From: Octopus bimaculoides
Taxonomy: Eukaryota
Length of the DNA stretch: 64,000 nt
Assembly (NCBI RefSeq): GCF_001194135.2
Contig: NC_068989.1
Location: 51,747,825 to 51,811,824 of the forward strand
Direction: 5' to 3'
Below, piece after piece: positions 12,981-26,912 of this stretch (the stretch's first letter is position 1; each line of letters starts with the position of its first letter). Position numbers and translations under genes: made by a program. The notes below the pieces were generated by a model that was given only the letters and a program-made list of their open reading frames with translations, ran no database searches and had not been told where the DNA came from.

Positions 12981-13830
12981 AACCATAAATGCTTATTTTT
13001 AATTTTTTTTTTGTTTTGCTTATAATTTATTTCGTATACTTACATTTCAATTCATTTTTTATAATCTTTCGCTTCTTTGCCTATACGCCACAAATTACGA
13101 CAGTTTTAGCATCATCACTCTTGTTCTTGCCCTTGTGGTAAAAAAAAAAGAACACTCAACAGCCACTCCATCATCGTCTTCATGTTCATTATCATCTACG
13201 TTACTCATGTTGTAGTTCTGATTGCAGTGATAATTATAGTTCATTACGTAATATTTTGGAGATACACTGTCAAAAGGAAATGTAGACGCCAATAAGTATA
13301 TACTTCGTGCACAATCATTATACAACGAAATAATATAGATAGATTACCTTCTCAGTAGATGCGCATTATACATTAGGCTTTTACAGTAAAAAATATATTA
13401 ATTCTCATATACATTTACTTGTGTAAAAATATCCATTTCATCGAGCAATGTTTTCAATACTGAATCTATATATTCGTTTGTATCAGCTGCTCAACAATTT
13501 AAAACCATGCAACTTGTTATCATTTAATATTTGATATTTAGGATGGTGTGTTAAATAGTTTCGAAAGTAAATACTTTCGAGTGTGCAACAACAATAAGAC
13601 ATGTAGTAGTTATTAATGTTCATGAATTCTTCTTTAGTTTACTACGTGCATACCTATTAATGGTAAATAGATTTATCCATCAAAATATTTACGTATGAAG
13701 AAATTCTGTCCTATTCCGCTCTAAAATTATTTGACCAAAAATAAATATTTATATTGCTGAATATATCTAAGATTACATTATTTACATTATTTACAATTGA
13801 CGGATATTTATCCTCATCTTGTTTGTTGGT

Positions 13831-13876
13831 AGCACAACGTTTCGGCTGATATACTCTCCGACCTTCATCAGGTGTC
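13831..13876 (-). ncRNA. Minimal type I hammerhead ribozyme motif (PLE-type)
   Basis: Minus strand reads GACAC-CUGAUGA-AGGUCG...CAGCC-GAAAC-GUU-GUGCU. Intact core, palindromic loopless stem III (ACGU), one mismatch each in stems I and II. Confidence 0.65.
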
Positions 13877-13919
13877 TTGAGGGAAATTTCGAACATAGGT
13901 TCTCATTCCTAAGGTATTT

Positions 13920-13993
13920 CTCCATGTTGTTGTTGTTATTATTATCATTATTATTATTATTATTATTATCATCATCATTATTATTATTATTAA

Positions 13994-14032
<39 letters not shown>

Positions 14033-14069
14033 CATTATTATTATTATCATTATTATTATTATTATTATT
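13920..14069. repeat. (ATT)n/(ATC)n microsatellite
   Basis: Directly visible between the tRNA-like head and the hammerhead. Confidence 0.95.
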
Positions 14070-14070
14070 C

Positions 14071-14144
14071 TGGTCACTGCTTGGAATCAAACTCAGAATC
14101 TTGGGGTTACTAGCTCGCGTTCTTAACCACTACGCCGTATGCCC
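14071..14144 (-). promoter_or_regulatory. tRNA-derived Pol III promoter head (not a functional tRNA)
   Basis: Minus strand reads gggcatacggcgtagtggttaagaacgcgagctagtaaccccaagattctgagtttgattccaagcagtgacca. A box at about 14125-14139, B box at 14083-14094. Confidence 0.7.
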
Positions 14145-14159
14145 TTGGGCAATTATGGG

Positions 14160-14790
14160 GTGAAGTTTAGCTTCAGGATCAACACCACTAAACTCAACGC
14201 TATGGCTTCGATATGTTGATGGCACCTTTAAACTCAGGCCCCACCAAAAAGATGTCCAAGTGCCGTTAGATCACGTGAACTCAATAAAGCCATCCATACA
14301 GTTCTAAATGGAAAAGGAAAAAGGCAATCAGCTACCAGTCCTGGACGTATTAATAACACGTACCTAGTATGGATTCAGACATCCGTATAACGCAAGCCAA
14401 ACTTCACTGGACGATACTTCAACTTCAATTTCCACCGTCCATACAGTGTAAGTAGAGGGATTTCTCAGTGCCTAAAACATCGTGCAAAGAATATAAGTAG
14501 TGATCGTGATACACACCATGAAGAAATCATCAAGCTCAGTAACAATCTATTAAGCATCAATTACCCCCAAAACATATCTACTCCAATTATGAAGAAAAGA
14601 GAGGATGAAACCGATAAACTGTCCACAGTCTGTCTACCCTATGAGAAAGTCCTCTCAGACAATATACAAAAGATATGCGGCCCATATGACATCAGTATTC
14701 AAGAGTAATACAACACTTCGCAGATATCTACTTCGAGTAAAACCATCAATAGAAGAGAATTTGACGAAAGACCGTGTGAGTACAGATAAA
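14160..14790 (+). mobile_element. Penelope-like element reverse transcriptase fragment (5'-truncated, degenerate)
   Basis: WLRYVDGTF, IQF*MEKEKGNQLPVLDVLI, RKPNFTGRYFNF, VCLPY and FKSNTTLRRYL, all PLE RT and thumb motifs. Confidence 0.9.
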
Positions 14791-14886
14791 ACAGTATCAC
14801 ATGAAATAACCAAGTGCATTTCAACAAAGAAACGTACCTATTCATTTTTCACACACACTTACAAAAACACACATCCATGCTAAGTA

Positions 14887-15627
14887 AGGTGAATTTAAAG
14901 TTATTAATTAGTTATTGGATACTACACCAAGTGATAGGTTAGTACCTCCATACACTGGGTATTCCATCATCAGAGATGAAGTGAATATGTATGAAAGTTC
15001 TATTCAGGCTATTCACAGTTTATAAAGAAGTAAAATAGTAGATAGAAGATTAAACAGTAAAACAGAAGAGAGAGGAATACAGACAGGAGAATAAGGTCCC
15101 CAACTCATCTTATTCCAGAAGGTATGGAGGTTGGTCCGTACATCCGTGAATGTATAGGTCCTTAAGTATAATCCCAGGTAAATCCAGGCAATATTCTGGC
15201 AATATTTTGAATGTTGCATTCATGTTGAAGGAATATATTAAGTGCGTAGCTAGTAAGGAAATGGTCCCCCTGGGTATATAGTCCACCAACATAAATGCAA
15301 CATTGAAAATACTGCCAAAATACTGCCTGGATTCACCTGGGATTATACTTTAGGACGTATACCAGCACGGAAGTACGGACCAACCTCCATGCCCTCTGGA
15401 ATAAGATGAGCTGTGAACTTTATTCTCATGTAGGTATTCTTCTATCTACTGCTTTACTATTTATTCTTTTATGTATTATTTTATTCCGGTATAAACCGTC
15501 AATTCCCTGATTAGACCATTCATACATACTCATTTTGTCTGTGATGACTGCTTACCCAGTGTATGGAAATGCTAATCGATCACTTGGTTAGACATCCAAT
15601 AATTAATTAATTACTTCAAATTCACCT
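14887..15627. mobile_element. 741-bp palindromic foldback/MITE with TA target duplication
   Basis: Arms 14887-15227 and 15287-15627 are reverse-complementary along their length, with a 59-nt spacer. Ends read TA|aggtgaattt...aaattcacct|TA. Confidence 0.9.
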
Positions 15628-15887
15628 TATTCTAATTAGATATTCTAAATGACTTCATATACTCAAATTGTCTTGGTTTTTGTTCTTTTTTCTTCAAATA
15701 TGTATATATATATATATATATATNNNNNNNNNNNNNNNNNNNNNNNNNNNNNNNNNNNNNNNNNNNNNNNNNNNNNNNNNNNNNNNNNNNNNNNNNNNNN
15801 NNNNNNNNNNNNNNNNNNNNNNNNNNNNNNNNNNNNNNNNNNNNNNNNNNNNNNNNNGTGTGTGTGTGTGCGTGTGTGTGTGTGTGT

Positions 15888-15930
<43 letters not shown>

Positions 15931-16940
15931 TAGTTAAAACTTGTGTATAAGCGTTAATTTCATTTTACCATTCTCATCTTTGTTATATGCACATATATAT
16001 TTGTATATATTCATAAAAGTGTTATGGTGTTGCATAAAACTATACTAATATGTGTGGTGGAAATCGTTTTTATAACACATTATACTCCAGATATTTAACG
16101 AGCAGCATTTGGAGTAAAGTTAAAAAGCAAAATAACATAAATTACATGAAACGTAAACCATTTTCCTGATGACTAAGTCTTCTTTTCTCAGCTTTTCTTT
16201 AAACTTATAATAACACATCTATTCTGGTCTTCAGGCACTTCTTTCGCAATATATTAGATTAATGGGAATTCTATTGTTAAGTAAATGTTTATTTTATTAC
16301 TGAAATGTAGAAAAATATGCTGACCTGGATCAATTCAATGAGGAGCTACACTTATTAATAATCTAAAATATTGTTATTTATAGTTTAATGTGGCAAAATG
16401 TAGTGTCTGTAGTAGTCATTTTGTTGCTAAGGGAATAATATAGCGAGATGACGTGAGCAAAGCTAATTTGACAAGTATAGTAACATAAACCTGATATATG
16501 ATTATTAGAGATGTATATTGCAATTTTCAACAGTCTTTTCCTTTTAGGCGATTTGCCATATCTCCTGTGATGGTGTTCAATTCACTGACAAGTATACATT
16601 AATCAACAAGATTTTGTGCAAATTTCTTAAACAAAAGAGATGTTTGCGTCGATTGCAGAACATAGTGACCAAGAAGGGAAAGCAATGCCAACTGTAAACA
16701 GATGGAAATTTATCTAAATAGTATGAAGTGTGCGAGCAGATTATCAATTTCGCTGAATGGTTTTTGGAATGTTTCTTGTTTAACGCTTACATTTGGTAAT
16801 GTTTTATGTGAAATGCGTAGATTTCATGTAGATTCGTGCGTATATAAATACACACACACGCACATACAAGCACAATTGTGTGTGTTTATCTTCACATACA
16901 CATACGCATACACACGCGCGCACACGCACACATACACACA

Positions 16941-17018
<78 letters not shown>

Positions 17019-17115
17019 AGTGAGGGAATACTCGACAAGTTTATTGTGAGTTACATGTATGGATCAAAACAGTCTGATTCAAATTCGTTGGCTCTCTTGA
17101 GTTTCAAGTGTGATG

Positions 17116-17839
17116 CTAATTTTCAGCTATTTTGAATTTGAATAACAGAAGTTGATTGTTATTACTGTAAGGTGGGATACGATTGGTCGAGGAAGGACAC
17201 GCGATGTCATCGTTTGGTGTTAGTATAGTTAGTTGAAAAATACTGCATGGAGAACAGGAAATTGACCACATGGAGCAATGGAAATAGACTACATGGTGAT
17301 TAAGAAATCGGACAGGTTGTTGCGAGAAGCTGGAAGGGCGGCATGTGCAAATATATAGTTCTAATGGAGGTATGTAGACTCGCTCATATTGTCTTGCGTG
17401 CATGTATGTACTGCTGTGAGCGTGCACATTTGTGCGTGGATGCGCATGCGCACACACAGAGCCATGCACGCACGCTTACGCACACACACGTGCATATGCA
17501 CACATGCACACACATACGCCCATTCACACCCATGCGTATTCATATGTACATATGTATATTCGCCTGCATGTAAGCATGCATACCAGTGTAGGTGCACGCA
17601 CGCGTGCGTGTGCACATGTGCATTTGCGCGCGCGTGCGTGAGCATACACGCGCAAAACAAGCGTTCAGGATTTCCTGTTATCCACGTGGTCAATTTCCTG
17701 TTCATCATGCGGTATTTTCCATCTAACTATATCAACATCAAACTACGACACGAAGTGACCTTCCTCGACCAATCGTATCCCAGTTTACGGTAATAACAAT
17801 CAAATTCTGTCATTCAGATTCAAAATGGCTGACAATTAG
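17116..17839. repeat. Foldback with ~170-bp inverted arms around a CA/TG/CG tract
   Basis: 17116-~17290 is the reverse complement of ~17665-17839. Shared blocks include tgggatacgattggtcgaggaagg and aacaggaaattgaccac. Confidence 0.9.
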
Positions 17840-18409
17840 TATTGTTTCATCTCGAGTAATACATATAAAGCCATCACCTTAACATTTAACTGGAGAATTA
17901 CTTTGTTCGTATTGGTGGGGTGCAGAGATTCCCGATGTGAAGATTAGGAATGACACCACTAGTTGGAGTTAATCATTTTTATCCACATTTCTTAATTTCA
18001 ACCACATCACTTATTTCACATACTCAATTATATTGTAGGTATTTATTGTTTTACCATTCACTTCATTTTACTTGCATAATTTTGTTGGCATTGAAGACGA
18101 CGTTACACCTTGTGTGAATCAAGTAGCAAAGTTTGGACCTAGACTAATTTTAACCATTTTGTATATCTATCTTACACTATTCACATTAGCAGTCACTAAT
18201 TTTTCTGCCTCTCGAATCAGATCGAAATCGTCTACCTTCCTGATATCCATCTTTAACTTCACAGTCACCGTTTTGTGAAAAATCTGAAAGGGTATATATA
18301 CTATTCTTTCGTCGTGAATAAGAACAACTAACCAAAACGATTATAGCTTTTCACCTCTTCAAGTAAACCAACTCATTGAAGTCCAAGGCCAATGATGAAA
18401 TAATTGTTT

Positions 18410-18540
18410 CAAGGGCTAGCAGTTTGGGGGAGAAGATTAATTGATTATAACGATGTCAATGATTAACTGACGCTTATTTTATCGACCATTAAATGATGAA
18501 AAATTAAGCCAGACTCGGCAGAATTTGAAAAGCAGAGTTC
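18410..18540 (-). mobile_element. SINE family 2 degenerate copy
   Basis: cttattttatcgacc...ctcggcagaatttgaa is the reverse complement of the family-2 core. Confidence 0.5.
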
Positions 18541-21132
18541 TTATTGCAAAAGTCTTTGGGATTTATTCATAAAATTTACAAAATTGCTGATGCCTTACAT
18601 GCTTCGTTAAATGTGTTTAGCTTTCTTTACATTGTTTCAAACTCGATCTCATATAAAGCTACATGATTCGTGTAGAATCCATCCTACTTATGGGCATTCA
18701 AATAATACAGCTCATAATCACTATTCCCTCACACACATATATACACACGTGCAATCTCAAGCACACATGTACACACGGATCTATAAATTAATGGATAGAT
18801 AAAAAAGGAAGATATATAGACACTAGATGAAAGATAGATATGCTCTGTATAGAAATCGGGTACTAGTGCTCAAATAAATTTGAATTAAAACATCGAATTC
18901 TTCATCCAGGGTAAGGCCATAGCAATAACCTCTAAAAATTGGTTCCAATTTATGTCAGCATCTGTGCTCGTGCACCAGTGTTTATTGGTGGTTTATATCA
19001 TCCCTCTTTGCTATCTACTTACATTCTTATTTATCTCCTACCACCCTATCTATACCTTCCCACACCCATCTTATAATTAACCTGTACTTCATGTAAACTT
19101 CATCTCTTTTTCCAACTCTACATTCACGCAATATTTAATCTCTTATTATATAAAACCCACATTGCTGTCGATCACATGTCACTATTACCCCTGTCCTTCT
19201 CTACATCATCCACTAAACGTCACATATTCACTTTAGTGGATTTCCCTCTGCAATTTTGTAGCAATCAGGACAGCAAATTTATATATATTTTTCTACCTCA
19301 AGAAGTTCAAGAATACAAAACTTTATATTCTTTCACAACTCACAGTTACTCAAGCTATTGGAGTCGCAATGGATTAAACTTCACCGACACAGATTATTAA
19401 ATGTTTCCTCTAATTTCAGATTTTACTGACTAATAATTCACTTCCACACTTAACTTCATATTATGTAACTATTTGCTCAGTTGTGTTGCATAACTTACCT
19501 AATAATTTGATCACATGTCATTCAATAATATGCAAGCTCATGTAGAATATGCAGCAGAATTTCCATTGAAAAGAAAACAATTATTCATGACAGAGCTATG
19601 ATTTAATGGGACATCAGCTTACTTAATAATACGGAGAAATAAATATCTAAAATGTCAGTGGTTTGGTCAGATTCGATGCAAAATGACAGACATCTATTTA
19701 GAATTCGCATCTATGTAGTTTGTGCATGTAATATTAGATGCATGTCGTATATGCAGATGAAATATTCAGAAATTACCTCGGAAACCTACTGTCATGTTTT
19801 GATTGGAGTGGTAAAGACATGAAAAATAAACGATGATACTGATGAGAATGATGTAAATGAGGCACGCATTTCCATAACTAAGATACATTAAATGAATAGT
19901 AAAATGAATACATCGAACATTTTTTCTCTTGAAAATTTGATGACAGTTTTGTCACTATGTAAGTTGTAGACAGAACTTAATTCGTAGCCGAATCAGTAAT
20001 ACGTGAATTACTATTCAAATATTCAAACATATCGTAGATCGGCTAGAATATTAGGTTTTGCTGTAGCGTCGATTATTATTAAATACTTCGTCTGAACAAC
20101 ATATAATTTAAGCCAAATAAAAAATGTATTTGAAACATAGTCCCGTCTGATTATTCGTGGCATTTGCATTGTTTAAGTTGGTGATCATAGCATCGATATC
20201 GTTCATTTGTGCAACATTTCTTTTTATTCCAAAAATTTTATATATACTTGAAACATTTCTTCACGGACTATCTACAATCAATCACACAGGTACGTTAGAA
20301 TAGCAATCTCACTAATTAGTAAGTGATAACGCTAATGAAATTATAAGTATTGAAGCCAAACCTTTCTAAGGACATATTTGCTGGTCCAAATATCTATTTC
20401 ACGAAATAGTAGATTTATATGTTAATAAGAGGGTTGCGATAGCGTTTAATATTGCAGTATATAAAGGAATATCCTTGACATTGAATATCAACAAATTTTA
20501 AAAATCGAAACTTGAAATCTTTTTGCATATAGCTAATCAATACCTGCACGATATATAATTATTTCTAAATATTTGCTTCTTGATACTTAGCGAATACTAA
20601 CTGAGATGTTCACTCATTCATTGAACATTTAATTGATGAAGGGAACATACATATATTATGAAACTCTATTACGTCATTATTTGTTGCAAAATCTGTTTCG
20701 TATTGAGTAGGAGAAATTTCAAAATATATTTAAGTAAACCGATGTATACGTTTATATTTAGTATTGTAACTCACACACATACATACAAAAACACAAACGT
20801 ACAGACAGACACATACACACACACACACACACACACACCCACACACAAACATACAGACACACATACATACGCACATGCACATACGCATATATATACATAT
20901 GTGTGTATACATATATGTGTGTGTAGAATGTAGAAAAGTAACACACGAGTTGATATGTATAAGCAAAATAAGACGAGGTAGAAAATGCTAAAATAATTTT
21001 ATCATGAAATACATTTCATCATAAAGTACGTCTAAAATGTACTTCACGATAACATTTGTTTAGCATTTTCTACCGTGTCTTATTTTCCTCATATATATTT
21101 ATACACAAACACGCACACACACACACACACAC

Positions 21133-21240
<108 letters not shown>

Positions 21241-22180
21241 TACATATACGGATGCGCATGAGCATGCATGTATATATATGCGTGTGTACGTATAGGCGTA
21301 TGTATGTGTCTGTATTATATGTGCGTGTGTGTATATGTAGGCATATTTGCAAATGTATATGTATATGTTCTGAAGCAATCGTAAATCAATATAAAAACCT
21401 ACCTAAAATTATATGTTCCTTCTTTATACCTTTCTATGGTTTCATTATGTATTTAACTTTTAGTTCTTTTCTTTTCCACTGTTTACCAATTTGTCATTCT
21501 ATGTCTCTATATCATTCTATGTATCACTTTCCGCCTACCTCTCCTTCTCTCGACTCGTCTGCTAAACGTTCATTTTCCGACTTCACACAAAGCTTTACAA
21601 GACTTTCATCTCTCTCTCATCTTTGTGCTGCAAGTTTTGAAACAACCATACAAGAGTCAGTCATGTCTTTTCTGAAACTGGGCTCAGTTTAATTTAAAGA
21701 AACAATTCCTCCTCCACAAGGCGCACGCTATTCTTTATTACTAGTGCTTCACTCTACTCTACTCCCCAATTCGAAATACTTTCTATCAAGATGATTTTAC
21801 GATTGTTTACTCTGTATTTTTTCCGTTCTTACAACTCGTCTATAAAACCTGTAATATCTCTTATTTTCTTTGTCTTTCTTTGCACCACAGCAACTTAAAA
21901 TGCTGGCCCTGCTTAATTTACCAGCAAGTAAAAGGTTGAATGTGTGAGGTGTTTGACATCTAATGGGGGATAGTATTATTTGTGTTAATTATGCCACTTT
22001 TGTAATTTTGCCGCAGATTTCTTTGCCGTTCCAGTGTGACACTATCTTTATTACACCCGGGCACGCGCACACTCCAACTCACACACACGTGCGAGCGTGC
22101 ACACACAGACACACACACACATACACGTGAGCGGGCGGGTGCACACACACGCGCACAGAAAGGCAGACACGCATACACCC

Positions 22181-22218
<38 letters not shown>

Positions 22219-22882
22219 TCACCATATATACGAAGATTCTGTATTTGAGACGTTATATGAATGTAAACTCATTCATTCTTTCGACGTCCGGAAGAAAGAA
22301 CTCAAAAAGCTCTGTTAGACAATTTATCAACTTGATGACCGCTCCTCAGAAATTAGTTTTCTTCTGCGGTCGATAGTAAATAACACTGTAATAAATAACG
22401 CAGACATACATCTAAGCTGTACATGAAGTGGTTATACGTCTTGCCAATATTTTCACAAAATATATTCTGTGTAATATACAATGTGAATCAGAAACACAAA
22501 GATGAATTTTTCGCTGTACAAAGCCAACGTGTGAATGTATTTTTAGAATACAATCATGTTCTTTGTAAGTTTTCGTTAGAGATGAAAACAGAAAGAGAGA
22601 AAGAGGGGAGAGAGAGAAAGAGAGAGAGGGAGAGAGAGAGAGAGGGAAAGAGAGAGATAGAGAGGGAAAGAGAGAGAGGGAAAGAGTGAGAGATTGAGAT
22701 TGCGTGTGAGTGAGAAAGAAACACTAACGCGCTGTCAATGTAGATTTTGGAATAGTAAATAGGTAAGCATTCTTGCAGCAGTGAATTGAAATTAATTATT
22801 TGTAACTTACTAAATTGTGATGGTGATGATGGTAACGATGTTAATGATCAGAAATTTGGTTTACTAGCAATATAAAAACTCT

Positions 22883-22946
<64 letters not shown>

Positions 22947-24581
22947 AAATTGTTGCATTTGTGGTTGTAACTATTTATAATATATTGCAGTTGCATTTTT
23001 CATTGCGTTGTTGGAGAATCAGGAAAAGACATAGAAATGTGATGCAAAAGCAATTTTATTCGAAATTTATTTCATTGTAGACAGAATGAAAAGTAAATAA
23101 TGAAATGTATGTTGGTAAATAGGAAATACAAAAAGAGATTGGCTTCAATCGGTTTGCTAAGTTCATGAGTATATTCTCTTAAGCCAATGGAAACTATTGT
23201 TTGTATGTATAATAGGACTTTAAGTGCATAAATCTATGAATACCAATAGCTCAGTTGAAAAACTTGATTAACAACACCCACAACATCTAGATTTTCACGC
23301 AACGGACGCTATTTTTGTGAAATAGAATATCATTATTTTGCTCATAGCTTCATTTATACGATGGCTTACAAACCCCATTGACGTATGTGTATATCCTAGC
23401 AACCACATCAGACGTCTATAATGTATGTAGAGCCGACAAAACTGATTAAGAACGTAGATAAAGAAAAGTTTTAGATATGATGATAAGAAAGCAGGCAATA
23501 AAATATACAAATAATTGAGAGCGACTAGAGGTCAGTAACATAAGTCCGAATGGATTTGAAGACAATCGTTTCCATTTTTATAACAGAAAAAAATATTTCG
23601 GTGTCTACATCGTGACTATTACGAAAATATAGATTTCCAGAATTCGGTGGTTTGCTGCAACGATTTCCTTTCTTAACTTTATTTTCAATGAATTAATAAT
23701 GCAGAAGCGAAATGGTTGAAGAAATACGGTATTGGCTTGACGTTTCTGGCGTCTTATTTTGAAAACACTTGAAGATATTTGGATGTGATTATACTCGCGT
23801 CGGTTCACATATTTATTAAAGCTTGATGATCTGCTTCAACAGTTTTCTCGCAATATCTCTTTTCCTGATGCAGAAGAAACAAATAGTGAACAAAATGATT
23901 CAATATAATGCAAAACTGAATAAGCTGTTCTGGTGCCTTGTGTTCAAAGCCCATGAACTTCTGTTTAATGTATCCACACTTCATTTGACATTTGACATAT
24001 CATCTGCAAAGGTTACCTGAGATAAAGCGTTGTCTTCTCATACGTATAGCATTAATAAGCAAATGATAAGGACCGACACAACCATTTATATACCTATATA
24101 CCATTCATATGCTATGAAACTTATACATCCATACATCCAGGCCTCAATGATTTCTGAAATTTTCGCTTGTATTCCGCATCTATATTTATATTTTTGCATA
24201 TAAGAATGAGTAAGTCAATTTGTTATATGTTTGAAGATATTTCTTTTATTTAAGAAAGAGACCAATAGTAAATCTTATTATTCAAGTGAACAATCCGCAT
24301 CAAATATAACAATAGTTATGCTACTGCTATTACACTTAATGCATTCAAGATTACAGTTCTTATTAGAAAGAAGGAAAATGATACAAAATGATTAATATTA
24401 TATTTTAAATCTCAGTAGGTCCACGAGCCGGCTTTTGACAGCATCCGACTTCATAAAACTTTCCAGAGAAAAGTTATCTTATCATTATTGCCGATATATT
24501 AGAGAAGGAATCATAAATTTAATTGGTACCACTGGAAAATATGAGATGCATCTCATTTGATATTTAATGAAATGAATTTAT

Positions 24582-24724
24582 ATAAAGCAGTTGTATACTG
24601 TCAACTTAATGTGACAGTCCCAATAAGGGAATCATACTGCTGCTATTTAGCCCTAGGACGCTGGACCGCTTCCTGTCGGCCTTGACACATTGCCTGTTAA
24701 GTTGACAGTATACAACTGCTTTAT
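24582..24724. repeat. Perfect 28-bp inverted repeat with 87-bp spacer
   Basis: ataaagcagttgtatactgtcaacttaa (24582-24609) vs ttaagttgacagtatacaactgctttat (24697-24724). Confidence 0.9.
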
Positions 24725-26626
24725 CGTAACACTGCTGCTTAATTCTCTCTGTGATATTTAATAAAATGAATTTATATAAATAAACAGCTTAAATAAATGA
24801 CATACAGATTAGAAAATATGCTAATATAGGAGTATTGCGTATGTGTTAATGTTCTACTCGTCACATATTCTGCAAGTTCGTTGAATTAAATGGTTTGGTG
24901 TCTGATAAAAAGAACATACGGAAGATTCATATTTTTGCTGAAATGATTGAATTAACATAACACACTGAGTTAACATCATTTACTTTCACCAATGGATACT
25001 CTTCTAATAAATATTATGTTTTTGTTTTTCATATTTATTGCATTGGATGTATCATGTTTATCTTGACAATCGCTACACTGTGAAATTCCTTAGTTATGTA
25101 TTCTTCAAGCACTTCATTCGTGTTTAATACTATGTATCTGCGATTTAATTATCATTTGTTCATTAAATATGAAGCGTCTACATTTTTCTGATGAGATTCT
25201 AAAACATCCAAAGATCATTCTGAGAAAATTACAACAGGTTTCTTGAGCTATGCTAGTACTTCAGCATTTTCTATATTAAACGTTAACAAATATATATTAT
25301 GCCTGAATTGAAAGGTATACATATATATATGTGTGTGAATGTGTGTGTGTGTGTTTTGAGTGTGTGTATTTGCGTGTGTTTGTGTATGCGTGTGTTTGTG
25401 TATGCGTGTTTGCGTGTTTGCGTGTGTGTGAAAATACATACATATATATATATATAGATGAAGTATATTTGCCACTCGTTCAGAGATTTAACATTGATAT
25501 ATATATATATATATTTATATATAGTCCTGCATTGCAAGCTCTATATGTTTATTAGAAATTATGTATTACTGCTTTAGCGATGATGGCAGTCTCCTTGTGA
25601 AGACGTATATTGTTATTGGGAAAGAAATACTATTAGTTTTGAATGTTACACTTGTATGAACGCCTTAGGTATATGAAACGATTTTTCAATACTCATTCCA
25701 TGGTTAAATATTAACATTGGTATCTATGTAAAGTCTGTGTTCTTTAATTCAAATTTTATTGATAGCATGTACTCCATTTAAACAGTATATTCGGCGCGTG
25801 GTTGATACTGAAAGTTTTCCATTTCTGTTCTACATTGTTAATAGTAGTTCCTTGAAACAAATATATCCGAAAATATTCGTCATCTATATCGGTCTCCGAA
25901 TCTTGATTGATGCTGAAGTTAAAGTTTTCGTTCCTTTCGTACTACTCCTTCTCCACCTCTGAAGATCATGATGGTGATTATCAAAAAGCTGATGATACCT
26001 CTGTTGGTGGTGGTGGAGGTAGTGTTGGTGGTGGCGGTAGTGACGATGTTAAACATCGTCATTGTCGTCGTCATCGTCGATCTCGTAATCATCATCATCT
26101 TCATCATCATCATTAACATCATCGCCAACATCATCATAAACAGTAACAACAACAGCAGCAGCAGCAGCAATAACGTCATCAGCACAGAAGCAACGTCATT
26201 ATCTTCGTTATTCTTCTATATCCTCCACTAGTGGCATTTTCATCATTGTTTATCAACGTCATCCCCATCGCCGCTATAATTGCACAACCTTCGTGGCAAA
26301 TGATTTATACAGTGATATTAACAATGAATAACTGACACATTGTAAATTCTGTTTAACGTGGTAAATTTACTGATCACCTGGCTGTGTAATTGATATTTAT
26401 CTCCTCGTCAGTTTCCCTTAATAGGTTTAGCTTTCTCTAATCAAGCATGTACAATGTTTATATGAAACTTCAGCATTAGTTCTTTATAGTAAATTTCTCT
26501 TCAAACTATAGATTTCATTCAGCTCAGTGATCTGTTAGTTTGTGTGTGTGTGTACGTTGGGGTAAATAAACAAATACGCGCGCGCGCGTGTGTATGCGTG
26601 TGTGTGTGTGTGTGTGTGTGTTCATT

Positions 26627-26823
26627 GGCGGCAAGCTGGCGGAATCGTTAGCCTGTCGGGCAAAATGTGTTTTTACCTTTTTGTTCATATTCCACTATGG
26701 TTGACTATGCCTTGTATCTTTTCGGGTCCAATAAGATATATGCCAGTTGAGTACTGGGTTCGATCTAATCAACATACCCACCTCCAGGAACTTGCTGCCC
26801 TTGAGCCAAAATTTAAAACCAAT
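26627..26823 (+). mobile_element. SINE family 2 copy with tRNA-like head
   Basis: ggcggcaagctggcggaatcgttagc head, then ttgactatgccttgtatcttttcgggtccaataa...cagttgagtactggg. Confidence 0.65.
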
Positions 26824-26860
26824 ATATAAATGTGCATTCATGCATATGTGTGTATGAGCG

Positions 26861-26912
<52 letters not shown>

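Noticed and set aside
14071-14144. tRNA gene
   Set aside because: A and B boxes are present, but no convincing acceptor stem or Pol III terminator, and it is embedded in a repeat unit.
16549-16700. 49-codon frame after a polypyrimidine-AG
   Set aside because: No good donor site and no recognisable homology.
26280-26400. Hox/Pbx-like TGATTTAT and TGACA motifs as an enhancer
   Set aside because: Such short motifs are expected by chance in AT-rich sequence, and there are no conservation data.
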